From NCBI RefSeq assembly GCF_009914755.1, contig NC_060925.1: DNA of 64,000 bases; one strand, given 5' to 3'. A program made the translations under genes and the position numbers. Below the pieces are notes generated by a model. It was not told the DNA's origin. It saw only the letters and a list, made by a program, of their open reading frames with translations, and did no database searches. Positions 1-14,790 of this stretch are shown here, one piece after another (position 1 is the first letter of the stretch; each line of letters begins with the position of its first letter). This stretch comes from the human T2T-CHM13v2.0 reference genome, Homo sapiens.

Positions 1-690
1 AATATAATAATAGCATCATTATTACCAAGAAGACCTTAATAAAGAAAATTTTACAAAAGAAAATCATAAATCTACTAATTTACCTTTAATCATACTATCC
101 TAGTTCAACGTCTATTTTCAGTTTTCTTGTGTTTACATTTTCTTGTGTTACTTTCCTTATGGCTGTGTAAATTTTCCATGTCTTGGGGATGATTGTGTAC
201 TCAGGGAACATATTTATCCACAGAACCTGTTATGTATCTTATTTATTTGTTTATTGCTTATTTCATTTCAAAAAGGCATGCAAGAAGCTTACCAAAAGAT
301 GTGAGAGATACCAAGAGATTTACTAAATAAATGAGGAAATTAGAAGAAAAAAATTCAGGTAGGGCAATAAAATAACATGCAAGGGAATGTTAGTATGTAA
401 AATGGTATCCATAAGATCCTTTCTTATTGTGAACTTCTCAGGCCTTTTGCTAGTAAGGAAGTAGCTACTGTCTCTTTGGGTCAAACTAGTCTAGGACCTT
501 GTTCAGTCCATATCCTAGAAAGGTTGGCTACAGATTTGATTCTGTGCTTCCTAGTAGCAAAAGCAAAAAAGGGAAATAGGATCCGTTTCAAATTGCCAAA
601 CATTTAGAATTGGAAACTAATCAGTTATTTAAGGAGAAGCAGATTTTTTTCCTGGTACTGGACCCCATGCAAAATTTCTTTCATAATTTC

Positions 691-992
<302 letters not shown>

Positions 993-1279
993 TAATTTCT
1001 AGTAAGAAGATGCTAGTGATATGATAGGCATTGCCCTCAACGACATGATAAAAAATTATATTTCATGTTTTACCATAGCCCTTTATGCATAACCCATCCA
1101 CAGCACTCATCAGATGTTATCATAATTATTGGTTTACTATGTAATTCTCTTGTTAGACTCAGAATTTCTTGAAAATGATGAACAGGATTTGTATGCTCAG
1201 CCCATAGTACATATTCAGTTAATATATTTTTGAATTGAAACACTGTTTTATCTGCTTATTCAAAAGGGGAAAATTTAAT

Positions 1280-1440
1280 TTATTAACACTTACTGAGTAC
1301 TTGCTACTCTTTACTCTGAAATAAAAAGAGGGATGAATCAAAAGTCCCTGTCCTTGAGGAAGGTATGATTTACTGGGAATAAACATGTATTAATAGTTAT
1401 ATTGTACTCTAGCTGGATAATTGCTACATGATAGAAGTGT
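1280..1440 (-). mobile_element. L2 3' end fragment
   Basis: ttattaacacttactgagtacttgctact...gtccctgtccttgagga resembles an antisense L2 terminus. Confidence 0.55.
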
Positions 1441-2249
1441 GAACATTCTTTTGTGAAATGACTTATAGATTGCTTAAACTACACTCTCATTACAGCCAGC
1501 TTCACCTTTTAGAATTTGGGGTTTGGATCTTTAAGCCAAGAGAGGCGGGAAAAAAAAAAAAAGAATAATAGGGCATGTGAGAGTTTTCTGAGAGGAGAGA
1601 GGCTATTGTCTTGTAGATTTGGTTTTTTGCTTCCATTCTTTTTTAGGGAAGAGGGTTCCATTCCTGGGCTAACTAACCCAGCCTCTCTGAATCTCAGGTC
1701 ACAGGGTGAGAGGGGAGTGGGGCCCCTCTTTTAGTCTACTCCTGACTTGACCTGGCAGCCTTAGCTGGGAGACACTGTTCCATTTTTCATGGGCAGCTGG
1801 AGTTGTGGCCACCATTGTGATTCTTGTGACTGGCTTACAGAAGAAACATGGTTCCTAAGAAGGCCAGGAGGGACAGTCCCTGAGACATACGTGTAAAATG
1901 AAGAGTATAAAAAGCAAATAACTACCACAACTGGTTTTATCCAGGGCTGTTAATTTTTAGATACTCATTGCTACACTTATTAGAAATAATGTTTACCTTA
2001 TTTCCTTTTCTTCCTCCTTTCTCCTCTTCCTTCTTTCTATTTAAAAACCATTTGCCAGGTACTTCTATGGCAGGCAGAGTGAGAAATATAAGATAGGAAC
2101 TTGTCCTCAAATTGCTTACCTCTGGGAGAAAACGAAGGCGCTTTAGGGCAGCTCTTGATCAGGCCCTTGAAGATAACTTAAGTATAGCATAGCACTTAAC
2201 CCACAATATGTTCTCAAAGAAAGTCCTGAAAGATGAATCCAGTTTTCTC

Positions 2250-2375
2250 CAAGATTGCAAGCTCCCCCTTGAAGATGGTAAGGTCCTAGTGAGCCATGCT
2301 TTATTCATCTTTGCATGTCTAGACCAGTGCCTGGTATATATATTTGATGCCCAACAAATGCTAGTTGAAGGAAGG
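2250..2375 (+). mobile_element. L2 3' end fragment
   Basis: gattgcaagctcc...ttcatctttgcatgtctagaccagtgcctggtatata...caacaaatgctagttgaa. Confidence 0.6.
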
Positions 2376-2482
2376 AAGGGAGGGAGAGGGGAAGGAGGAA
2401 AGGAATCACAAATAATTCACCTAAATCTACTTTGGATTTACTTATATTTTTAGAGTGAATATCTTAAGAAATTATTTCCAAA

Positions 2483-2602
2483 AGCCAAGTGCAGTACGGT
2501 GCATACCTATAAATCCCAGCTACTAGGGAGGTTGAGGTGGGAGGATCACTTGAGCACAGGAGTTCTAGTCCGGCCTGGACAGCATAGTCAGACTCAGTCT
2601 CT
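2483..2602 (+). mobile_element. Free Alu monomer (FLAM-like)
   Basis: Single 7SL-derived monomer ...aatcccagctactagggaggttgaggtgggaggatcacttgag...gactcagtctct. Confidence 0.85.
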
Positions 2603-2616
2603 AGGAAGGAGGGAGG

Positions 2617-2650
<34 letters not shown>
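2603..2650 (+). repeat. (GGA/GA)n microsatellite at the FLAM tail
   Basis: aggaaggagggagggagagagagag... seen directly. Confidence 0.9.
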
Positions 2651-4218
2651 TCTAAAAGTAGTATTGTCTGCTTGAAGGATACTAGTTTGTTCATCTTATG
2701 TATGCTCTTATGTGATGTGTCGAGAATTAGAAGACAGGATGGAAAAGCCTCTTAGATCTCTTAGATCTATTGGATCACTCCAGTTAAGTGCTCAGAGAGA
2801 AAGGTTTCTGGTTTGGATCAGCATGTTACTGAATGGGGAGAAGTTCTTGAATAGCTCTCTGTTTTCTGAGTTAAGATTTTGTGTTTTGGTGTGTGAAGAG
2901 TAAGAGGGGTATCATGGAGTAGATGGGGGTGAGGTAGAATGGGAGGTGTGCAAGAGAGGACACCTGAGGACCGTGTGAAGGCAAGTGATAATCAGACTAG
3001 GAAGCTGGCTGGACACAACCTTCCAGTGGGAGAGGCGGAGGTGAGGGGGCAGCTGCTTCTTTAACTAATCAAGGGCTCAGGTTCCAGTACCTTCCTTTTA
3101 TCCCCATCCACAGTTTGGCCTGTCTCTTCTCATCTGCAAAATCTCCTCTTTTCTTTTTCCCCCTCTTTTAAAAGCTAAACTAATTTTCTGTCTGTTCATG
3201 TTGACCTTTTGTCCAGTTTTCCTCCCATCAGATGAACCAAAATACTAGAAAAGGACTCTTCCATCTACTACTACTGCTAGTAATAATAATAGTAATAAAA
3301 TAAATAAAACCAGGAAGCTAAAAATGGAAATTAACTAATTAATTTGACATCAATGAAAGAGGTTGTAGAACTGGAGGCAAGGGAAAGAATGGAATGGACA
3401 TCTTTCTGGGCACACTCCTCACTCCTTCCCCAACCCCTTCCAATGTGAGTATGTGTAATTTAAACCTCTTCCTGGGGAAGAGTGAAAGAAGAATTTTACC
3501 CACCTTTTTCCATTCCCCTCCTCCCTTAGTGAAAATTCCTAGTCATGGTCTGTGATATCTCAAACTTGGCTGTCACTTTTTGGGGTCATTCCCTGGGGAT
3601 ACCCTTCCCCCAATCCCAGGGCAGTTCTAATGTTTCTGAGTAAGGAGTAGTGAGAAACTCAGTTTTCCCTGCAAACTTCCCTCCTCATCAGCCCCACTCA
3701 GTGTTGAGTTTAGCATTTGCTTTAGTGGCTTTGCTATTTATAGACTTGTCTGGGGAGGTTGGGGTTGGGGGACAGTGTCAGGCAAGGAATCTCACTGTAG
3801 TCTTTGAGGGGGGTAGTCAGGCATTGAGAACCAGTGCATTTAAATAAAAATGTCCTGAACATTTCTTTTGGCTTGGTTTAGAGACCACTAGAACCAGTTC
3901 CTTTCTCTGATTCTTTTCTGTGGTTGCTTCACTTTCTTGCTCAGTAGAACCACAATCTATTAAGATTTCTTATTTATGTTCTTCTTAGTTGCCAAGGCTG
4001 CCATCCTGACTTGGGCATCTTGGCAGCTAATAACAATGTATGTCTAGCTGAGAAGCTTTTAGCATTTTGGGTTGTAAACTTTTTCTTTACATCCAATGTT
4101 CATGGGAAGTCCTTTCTTAAACAAGAACCCCCTTCCTTTCTGTAATTAATGAAATAAATGTCAATATATAGTTTCACCTCTTCTGTATAACATCCTTTGA
4201 ATAAGTAGTGCTTATGAC

Positions 4219-4280
4219 ATTCATTCATTCATTCATTCATTCAGATATTCAACAAATGGCTTTTTCCAGGAGTACTTAGT
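4219..4280 (-). mobile_element. L2 3' terminus with (TTCA)n
   Basis: attcattcattcattcattcattcagatattcaacaaat. Confidence 0.6.
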
Positions 4281-4694
4281 AAAAAAGAGAGAAGAACAAC
4301 TGGGGAACCTGGCAATACAACTTTGATATTCACAGATAGGTGCTGTACTACACACATGTTGAAAGAACTGTAAATGTAGGTGATTGCTCTCATAGTCCTA
4401 TGGGCACACACATCTTATGTTTAGGGGTTTACATTGGTGGACTGACTTATTGCTGTAATGTGTTCAGACAAATAGGAATAAGAAGAGCAAAGGGGTGTGT
4501 ACTATCTGCAGAAGACACATGTGCATGTATTTCATTGCTGTGCTAGAGGAAGCTGCTCATGGTAAACGTGCTGAAGTTATCCCTGTTGCAAGAACAAGCA
4601 TCAAACACAGGACTGGGCACGTGATGAATGTTCAATAAATGCATGCTTTCCCCTTTTCATTTCCAAGGTGGAATGGAAACATCTGAGCCCATGT

Positions 4695-4905
4695 GGAGCA
4701 GCATTATGATGCAAGGGAACAATTACTGGACTGTTCTATGTTGAGTTGATAGGTAATGAGGGGGCACCTCACTCAGAACAATTTCTTATCTGTAATGGGG
4801 GCACTAGTTACACTCATTATCCAGGCCCTGTCCACTTCCAGGGAGGTTGTGAATCTCTAGTGAGATGGGCGTAAAATGCTTTGTAAATTATAAAGCACCA
4901 TGTAA
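4695..4905 (+). mobile_element. MIR (degenerate)
   Basis: gcagcattatgatgcaagggaac...tttcttatctgtaatgggg...gttgtgaat...gtaaaatgctttgtaaattataaagcacca. Confidence 0.65.
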
Positions 4906-5544
4906 CTAAGATTTCTTTGTTAACCTATACTGTCACAATTGCTTATAAAATCAAAGCAAGAGAAAGAAGTCACAGATTGGCAGGCATGTGGAGGGCTGAT
5001 TTAGAACATGGCATAGATTTAGAAATCCTGTTGAACACAGAATTCGTGGGGCATGCAGTGAATATGGAGCTGGAGATCTCAAGGGAGTTGAACAGAGAGG
5101 TGTGATTGAGAGTCAGATGATGGTGAGTCGAGACCATTATCCGCAGAGGGAACTTGAAAATAGAGGTTATCTGCCCACAGAGAGAACAGTGGCAACAGTC
5201 CACCAGGATTTTATATGGAGAATGAGATTTGAATGTCGACCTCACACCCAATTTCAGCAGCAGCTCTGCGTTGTAAGGATGTCATGCATAACGAGGTATA
5301 CCAGCGAAATAGCAAGCCCATGCTTGACATTGAGCAGCATAGGGTGTTGTTTGTGTGTGTGTGTCCCTGTTTCTCATTCCCGGTTTTACATAACTGGGAT
5401 GTAGGATGCTACAACTACTGCTGTATCTTCAGGTAAGATGTACTGCTATCTTTCACTTTTATGTAGATGTGTTCCTAAAAAGTGTATGGGTGTGATTTTG
5501 GTAATCCTTATCCTAAACTTAAGTCCATTCCTTAGTTTCATGGA

Positions 5545-5710
5545 AGCAATGTATATGACAGAAGGAACACCAGAGGGGAGTGTTGTGGAGAGTGTTGTGG
5601 TGACTTGGTAAGTTGCTTACACATTGGGGGTCTTGGCTGTCTCATCTCTAAGTGAAGGGGTTAGATATGAATGATTAATAAGATCCCTTTCAGGTCTATG
5701 CTTCTAGCAC
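5545..5710 (+). mobile_element. MIR/MIR3 fragment
   Basis: gtgacttggtaagttgctta...ctcatctctaagtgaaggggttagatatgaatgattaataagatccctttcagg. Confidence 0.6.
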
Positions 5711-6740
5711 TCCCTTTTGTCGGGTGAGGAGCCCTTTTTGTATTGTGTATACTCACCCAGCACTTTATCTGCCTCTTTGTTGTTAGCTGATGATCTTTGT
5801 GTGTCTGATTTTTTTTTTTAAGAGTAAGGATGTCATGCACTCTTATTCAAAGTGTAGAGTTTATTCTCCCATTCATAGGAATGCAAAATGAGAAGTTTTA
5901 AATACACGGATTCACTTCCTAACCCAGTTTCTCAGAAGATTAATGAATAGTCATCCTGTTGACCCATCTGCTTCTCTTCTTCACATCGTTTTGTGCGGAT
6001 GAGGCACACACAGACACAGAGTTCTCACTTGCAGCAGTCCGGCACATACAGCCTCACACGCGCCACACCAGGGGGTGTCCCCAGGAGAGGTAGAACAGGT
6101 GCCAGATGTTGCAGCAGTACACTCCTCCCTGATCCTCCTTCTCATCCCCCACCCCTTTTCTGAATCTCCTGCACAGTCACTGAAGTCCCATTTTTATATG
6201 CAAGAAGAGAAGAGAAAGAGCCCTAGGATGCAAGGATGCCTTGTCACCTCTCATCTTCTGTGCTGGGATAGACACCTGATCTTTTTGGAAGTGAAATCCA
6301 GAGTCTGGGGCAAAGACCAAAGGACAGAGGCCAAACCAAAAGTGACTGCATGGTTGCATGCGGGCCCCAAATGATTGAATGAAGCAAGGATACCCATCGC
6401 AGGGAGCTGAAAAACCTCACATCCAGATGCGGTCAGAGAGGTTCACAGAATGAAAGGCAGTCTGATGAGTGAGTGAGATACACCCGCCTGTAGAGCACAA
6501 TAGAAAAATCAATAGTAAGTGGAGGTGAAAGAGTTTCAGCTGGGTTTTATTGAGCACAAAGAAGACAAACTGGCTTTTGCTGTGACTTCAACTGTATGTT
6601 AATAGTGCTTTTTAAAAACTACAGTACAGGATTTGGGGGAAAAAAAATCACACGGTAAAAGTTGCCAGCCAGTATATGTAAGTGCACACACACACAGAGA
6701 TGAGGAAAAAGAGAAAAGAGAAATACACTCCGGACTAAGC

Positions 6741-6767
6741 TTTTTTTTTTTTTTTTTTTTTTTTTTT
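6741..6767 (+). repeat. Poly-T (27) not attached to an Alu
   Basis: Direct observation; followed immediately by AG. Confidence 0.9.
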
Positions 6768-6939
6768 AGTTTCGAAGCATATGGTGAAGTGTGCTATAAT
6801 TTTATATGCATATATATTCTTTATTCTGGACTTCCAGAAAGCAATGAGTTTCATCTGTTTTTTTCCCCACCTCTGGTTCCTTCTTCCTTTCCCTTGCTCT
6901 CTACAAGTCTGCTGTGGCTTTATTAGGAATTCCCTTTGG

Positions 6940-7640
6940 TTTAGGGGGAAAAAAAATAAGAGGGAGAGAGAGAGAGGCTGGAGGGGGAAGAAACAAAACT
7001 AGCTCTTGGCTGGCCGCCCACAGCATGGGCCCAACAGCCTTGTTTGAGCGCGTTGCCCCGGCCTTCTGTTTTCTTAAGCTCAGCCCCCTTTATCCCTCCG
7101 CCCCCACCATGCCCTCCTTTTCCTAACTGGGCTGAGGGAGGCTGTTTCTACCCTCCTAACCCTCTTTTTTCCTTTCTGTTGTTTAAAGAGAATCTTTCTC
7201 TCTTTTTTGAGGCTCCAGCGGCGAGAACAGCAGCGGATTTCTCCTTGCCGGCCTCTCCCCTCCTCCCCAGCCCCCTCCCCGATGAAGGGTTCATCCAAAG
7301 TTCGAATCCAGACTCTGAACAAAGTGGCGCAGACCTTTTCCTGACTCCTCACCCTTTGTCCTCATCACTCAGTGACAGACAGGAATCAAATGCTGAGGAC
7401 CCAGGCGGGAGAGGGGCAGTGGGGGAGGGAGGGGAGAGGAGAAAAGTTCCCATTAACTCGCCGGGCCCTTAACAACCACTGGAAGGAGGAGGGGGGCGCG
7501 GCTGAGAAAGGATTTTTGTTTAAGTTTCTGCAGGCACACACACAGCATTCCCAAGTTGTTTGCAGATGGTTTCATCTGGTTTCTGTTTGAGGGGAAGAGA
7601 GTATGGGATGATCAGTAAGGAGAGGGGGCGGGGAGAGGGA
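6940..7640. promoter_or_regulatory. GC-rich candidate enhancer / alternative promoter
   Basis: Locally elevated GC and CpG; near-consensus NFI site TTGGC-N5-GCCCA at 7006-7020; GC-box-like motifs; G/C-run clusters at 7255-7281 and 7405-7440. Confidence 0.5.
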
Positions 7641-7939
7641 AGAGTCTTCTCTTGACCAGAAAATGATACCTGTGGTGTCTTTTCCTGAAACTGAAAACAT
7701 TAAAGCATTCTGATCCCAGAGAAAACAAATTCTCTGGGATATAAGGGTTCACCTTTTGGAGGTGGATTACACTTTTCAGGACACCAGAGAACCATAGAGC
7801 AAATTACTTCTTCCAGAGTGCTAAATGATCCCCTGGTGCCCTGGAAAGAGACCGTTTACCTCCAAAAGGTGAGTTGTTTATTGCCAGAGAGTAGAATATT
7901 GGCTGTAATGCCTGCTCATCCATCCTTCTCCATCCCTGC

Positions 7940-8120
7940 GAGGTATTTAGGGTGGAGGAGATATTATCCACCTGTCACCATGGGGAAGGAGACTGACAAA
8001 TACTTTTCTGATTCCTGTTCCTAAGATTGAATTGCTGGGGAGGAAGGTGAAGTGACTTTTCCAAGGTCTTATAGTGATCCAGTGATTGAAGTTGAATTAG
8101 ATTTCTGTTCCTGTTGTGGT
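7940..8120 (-). mobile_element. MIR fragment
   Basis: atattatccacctgtcaccatggggaaggagactga...gtgaagtgacttttccaaggtc. Confidence 0.5.
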
Positions 8121-8193
8121 GCTCTTGTTTGTCAGAGAAAAATAAATATCTTAATGCTCACACGGAGCCTCCCGTAAAAAGGCTGATAAGAAA

Positions 8194-8491
8194 GGCCAGG
8201 TGCGGTGGCTCATGTCTTTCATCCCAACATTTTGGGAGGCTGAGGTGAGACATGGCTTGAGCCTAGGATTTCAAGACCAGCCTGGGCAACATAGTGAGAT
8301 CCTGTTTCTACAAATAGTAATAATAATAAGACATCCAGGTGTGGTGGCACATGCCTCTAGTCCCAGCTACTCGGGAGGCTGAGGTGGGAAGATTGCTGAG
8401 CCTGGGAGGTCAAGGCTGCAGTGAGCCGTGATCGTGCTGCTGTGCTCCAGCCTGGGCAACAGAGCGAGACCCTGTGTTGAAAAAAAAAAAA
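8194..8491 (+). mobile_element. Alu (AluJ-like)
   Basis: ggccaggtgcggtggctca...gaggtcaaggctgcagtgagccgtgatcgtg...poly-A. Confidence 0.95.
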
Positions 8492-9112
8492 GCTGGGGGT
8501 CAGGGAGCAGATAGAAGAAATACCTTGGCCAGCGCAACTGGAAAGGGAGGAGCCAAAAGGGGAACACTTTCTTGATTGTCCCAGCCTCATTAGGAGCTAC
8601 CACAGGGCTCTCCTGCATGCTCCTTGTTTTCTTTGTGCTCTGGACTTGCTCACTTGCACTGCTTGCTTCTTCCCAATCGCCGCCGCCCCCCTGTGCTTCA
8701 GGTAAACAAGCTGCTCTGTGGGAAGTGAATAATGGGGCCTAAACTGACGAGGAGGAAGTTAAGTTGAGAGGTGCCGTTTTTGGTGAGCCTTAATGAGGAG
8801 GACAACAGTGTGAAATCTTACTTGGCATTGTGACCAGGAGATCTATTGCCTTTTCCTCCCCTAAATCTTCAGAATCATAGTGGACTATATATGACTCCCA
8901 AAAGTGTATGCTTTTACCTAGCCCTTGGAAGCTTGGATGGTTAGAGCAATTGGGAGTTTAGTCTGTTGGGGTAAACAGGGCATTGATCTAAGGATTTGTT
9001 AAACTGTAAACCAAATAAAGAGCAAAGTCTGCTCTACAGGGATGTTGAAGATTCAGGATATTAAAAAAAAAATCTCTGACTGCATGATTACCCTTCCAGA
9101 CATTTATTGAGG

Positions 9113-9645
<533 letters not shown>

Positions 9646-11221
9646 TAATTAAGATCTTTGATAATGTGGATTCTAAATAATTTCGGGCTAAGTTGAATGA
9701 AAACTTACCTTTTCACCCATGAAAAAAGGAGCTCTGTAACTATATTAGTAGCACAAACGGGTTCATGTGAATGTTTACCCTGCTTAAGAGAGTAAACTTT
9801 TCAGAGTTAGCAGCAGCATTTGCATACAATAAATGTTCTAATTACTAATGATCCTTGCCAATTAATTAAAAGTATGTCTGTCATGGCGCTGCTTTCTTGG
9901 CAGTGCTTTTATTGATGATGAGCTTGTGTGCATATTAAATAATACAGTGACATTTCTTTTTAATGTTTCCTAACCCAGGCTTTGTATGGCAGAACATTCT
10001 GTTAGCAGACTTGTGCAGGTTTTCCTATCCTACAAGTAGAGAAATGGAGAGATCCATGCCCTACCCTGAGCCTGAGAGTAACTTGGTGATAGTGTCTGCA
10101 TTCTAACCCAGTGCTCCTGTATTTCCTTGGATTCTTGTTTCTTGTGAGCCTGTAAAGGCATTTGCAAAGTTGGGGCCTTCTGTGAACAGGGGTGCTGTGG
10201 CACTGCAGTTCATTGCAGTCTAGACTTTCCACCTCCCCTGTGGCACTTTTGGCAAGTTGACAGGTATAATTGATGAGTTATTCTAAGAATGTGATTCCTG
10301 AGTAACTCTAGAGTGGAGTGACTGTGTTTCTGAGTAGTTAATGTGGCTGGGGGGAAAAGCAGATGAAGGGGATGGGGGTTGGGAAGCTGGAGGGAGGTGG
10401 GGAGGAGGGCCTTTGTTCAAATCAAGTTGTGTTCAAGTCTGTGGTTTTAAGAGAGAGCAACAGCGATTCTTTCCTAGCATATGAAATCTTCACAGGGCTC
10501 ATAGTTTGAGTGTGAGAGTCTGGATGAGGTTCATCCCAGTATATGTCCTAGGAAAGGAAATAGAAACACTTAGCTTTGACGTGTAAACCTCCATGCCAAC
10601 CATTTTGGTTGAGTTTAAGGGAAATCACAAAGCAGCTTCTATTGCTGCAAATTTGCCTAGTAGCCCAACTTTCCAAAGTTAAGATCATCCCTGGCAGGCC
10701 TTTAATTCTCAAGGGTCTGCAAAGTTGATGGTCTGTTGAGAAAGGAAAGGAGAAGTTGAGGCCACAGTTGTGATTACCATTTCTCCTTGTCATTGAGAAG
10801 CAGCAGTGTCTGAGCAGAGTCTGAGGGTGCTGGCCCTGGCCACAGAGGCTTTGGGGCAGAGTCTAGCCTGGACCAGGGGGAGTGAAAGGGAATGGCCTTG
10901 TTGGAATTGGCATGGCATCTCCACACAGTAAGTTGAAAAGCAGTACAGGATCTACGACCACATGTGGCCAGCCAGGTGTCAGGGCTTATTGCTCCTCAGG
11001 CTTTGAATTCTGTATCCCCAACCATCCCTCCTGAGTAGAGTCTCTGCTGCTTCCTGGACACACCAGGCTCCCACGCGCTGGCCTTGCTGAGGATAAAGAC
11101 TGCCCCTGGGTTTTCTGTCGTGAGCACTCACCTGTGACAGGCTGCTCTCTCTCCTTCCCCACAATGGGAACTTGGGAGCTAGTACTTTCCCAGCATTTGT
11201 ATGTAGCACACAATCCTTAGA

Positions 11222-11636
<415 letters not shown>

Positions 11637-11749
11637 TAGGTGGACCCCAGGTGCCAAGGTTACTTCCAAAGAATTAATCTATGCCCCCAAAAGGTTAGAA
11701 ATACTGTGTCTGCTCCCATACTGTCTCACCTTTTACCTGATGAGAAAAA

Positions 11750-11885
11750 TAATCAGAGAGTCCTGGTTGTAAACCCCAGCTTCAGTGGTTACCAGTGGCA
11801 CAACCCAGGGCAAGTTACTTCTGTAAGCCTCTGTTTTGTTTTCATCTATAAAAATGTGGGTATTTGGTTTACCTCTAAAGGTTGT
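11750..11885 (+). mobile_element. MIR core fragment
   Basis: aatcagagagtcctggttgtaaaccccagc...gggcaagttactt...ctctgttttgttttcatctataaaaatg. Confidence 0.7.
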
Positions 11886-12324
11886 GGCGGCGGGGTGGGG
11901 GCTGGAAAAATAATAAAGTAATAGCCAGAATTTTGCAAAAATATTGCTAAGTTTTTTCTTCCTTTTTTAGTTTTCACTGGGTTGAAAACACACCATGTAC
12001 TTCCTTTAAAATATAAAGTGCCTTGTGCTTGGGGACCAAGGTGCTTTTCACACATAATGCAGGCACTTATTGTTATTATCTCCGTTTCTTCCGTGGCTCT
12101 GCATGACTGTTCTGAGAATCTCTTGCTCTCGAGAGATTCAGCTCCTGATTCTCTCAGAGTTCATTCATGCCTGTAAGCTTGGAAACTTTAAGGTGAGGCT
12201 GATATTTTCTTCCTTTGGGAGAAGCTTCACTTTTCCCACTTTAGCCTTCTTTCACCTGTCATACCAGGTTGCTGTTTCTTGGTAGAACCTCCTGGGAATT
12301 AATAGCATAGTGTGATTATTATAA

Positions 12325-12450
12325 TAACTTAATTTCTATAGCACTTTATTAATTTCATGTCACTTTCCTATTTCATCTCACATCAAAGGTGGCATTATCC
12401 CCATTTTAGAGATAAGGACATTGAGCCTCTATAAAGACATGATTTAAATT
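12325..12450 (-). mobile_element. MIR fragment
   Basis: cattatccccattttagagataaggacattgag. Confidence 0.65.
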
Positions 12451-12544
12451 CTCCTTCTAACTTGCTGTAGGAAGATCACGCAGAAGCACAAGATGAAACA
12501 CAGAATGCTAAAGCTGCAACAGAGACTTGGGAGATCATTTAGTA

Positions 12545-13130
<586 letters not shown>

Positions 13131-13245
13131 ATCTACTCCAAATATTTAATTTTATAGATCAGGACACTGAGGCCCAGAACTGTGATTAACTAATAAGTGG
13201 CAGAAATGAAACACGTCTCCCTCCAGAGCTCTTTTCATTATACTG
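13131..13245 (-). mobile_element. MIR (continuation of the MIR split by MER33; first part about 12505-12544)
   Basis: agagacttgggagatcatttagta // atctactcca...ttttatagatcaggacactgaggcccaga. Confidence 0.65.
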
Positions 13246-14710
13246 TCTTCACTCTACTGCTTTGAACGTGAAGACAAAAGAACCCGGTTTCTGTTCATAC
13301 TTTTATATCCTCTCTTATGCAGTCTATAGCCTGGGCTTGGAACTTAGAGCCTTAACAGACTTTAAGACAGTACCACGTCTGAACCTAGAGTTATATTGTA
13401 TTCTTTCTATTAGCAGAGAGCTTTCTGATTCCTAAGAATTTCCTTACTCTACAAGAAATGGGATTTCTGCTTTGCAAAGTTCCCTTCAGTGGAATGAAGT
13501 TATTGTTGCCCAGAGCTTCCCTGGTACAACTCTATGGACTTGGGCATGATTCTCCCTAAAAATCCATGGAAGCCGTGATCAGAGCCCTTGGAAAATTGCT
13601 CTGGTGAGCCAAGTGGGCAGTGGCAGTAGAGCAGTTTTCAGTAGTGGTCCCACGGTGGCAAGTTGGCTGTGAAGCAGTTGAGGATGACATGAATGATGGC
13701 TCTTCAAGCTAAGACTGAGTAGTTGTAATGGAAAACAAGGTCAGTCACCTGGCTAGTTGATGATGGTGGGAGCCTTTTTTTTTTTTTTAAAGGAGAAGAG
13801 GAGCCATTTATTAATCCCCACTTTTGGCATGATTCATTTGCTCATTGTCAGCGCCTAGCTCAGCTTTGCTTTTAGTAGGTGATTGCCAAACTGATATGAT
13901 CGTTGTATATTCACTGGCTTCAAGAAACCACCAGTGGGAAATCTTATTTATGGAGATGATGGTTATGGTTATGATTATTGACAGCCATTATTATAAACAT
14001 CATTATTATTTAGTGTTAATCAACAACAGGATGAAAGGTGCTCTAAAGAACACAGAATTAGATCCTGTCTTTGCAAATGGGCTCATAAGAAAAGAATGAC
14101 AGAAAGAGACACCCAGCCTGGGCTAGCTAGGAAAAATACGTTTTAGGGAAATACAGCTGACAAAATAGCTCCAAAGGTTGTAATTTTTAGGGCTTTGGTG
14201 GAGTTCAATATGGTACTCTGAACACAGAAAAATGGAAAGTAGAATTTCTCAGTAAAAGAAAGTCTGTTGTTTCAGTCCAGTTTTACTATTAGAGTGAGTT
14301 GTAAAGAACAAGTAAAAGGGAAAAATTGGATATGTGTTTTTGTTTTGTTTTATTGCCCTGCAGGTCCCCTCTTTTTTTTTTTTCTTGGTTTCTCAATTTT
14401 GAACTTTAATGCATTAATACATCAGGTATCTTTTACAACTAAAGTAGCCCCTGAAATATTTTCTGTGCAGAAAGGTTACCTTCAAGTGCATTAGGGTCTC
14501 ACATTGACATACAAATTCAGGTTTGAATCCTTGCAAAATCACATGGTAAAATCGGGCCTCATTTCCTACATGGTAAATATGCACTCTCCTTGAGATGGTG
14601 CATGAGCTTTCTAGTTCATCATAGTCCCTCCCATGCAAACACCTTACTCATTAACTTTTATATGCCTGTTCCTTACAAAGGCATTTTTAGTTTCAACCCA
14701 TATATTTAGA

Positions 14711-14790
14711 GCAGTGGTTCTAACCATGGGTGATTTGCCCCCAGGGGCCATTTGGCAATATCTGGGGACATCACTGGTTTGTCATAATGC
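14711..14790 (+). mobile_element. MER20 (hAT) terminal fragment
   Basis: gcagtggttctaaccatgggtgatttgcccccaggggccatttggcaatatctggggaca. Confidence 0.75.

Noticed and set aside
122-150. Short direct duplications (ttttcttgtgtt; also about 2749, 5578, 26347)
   Set aside because: Ordinary replication-slippage microduplications
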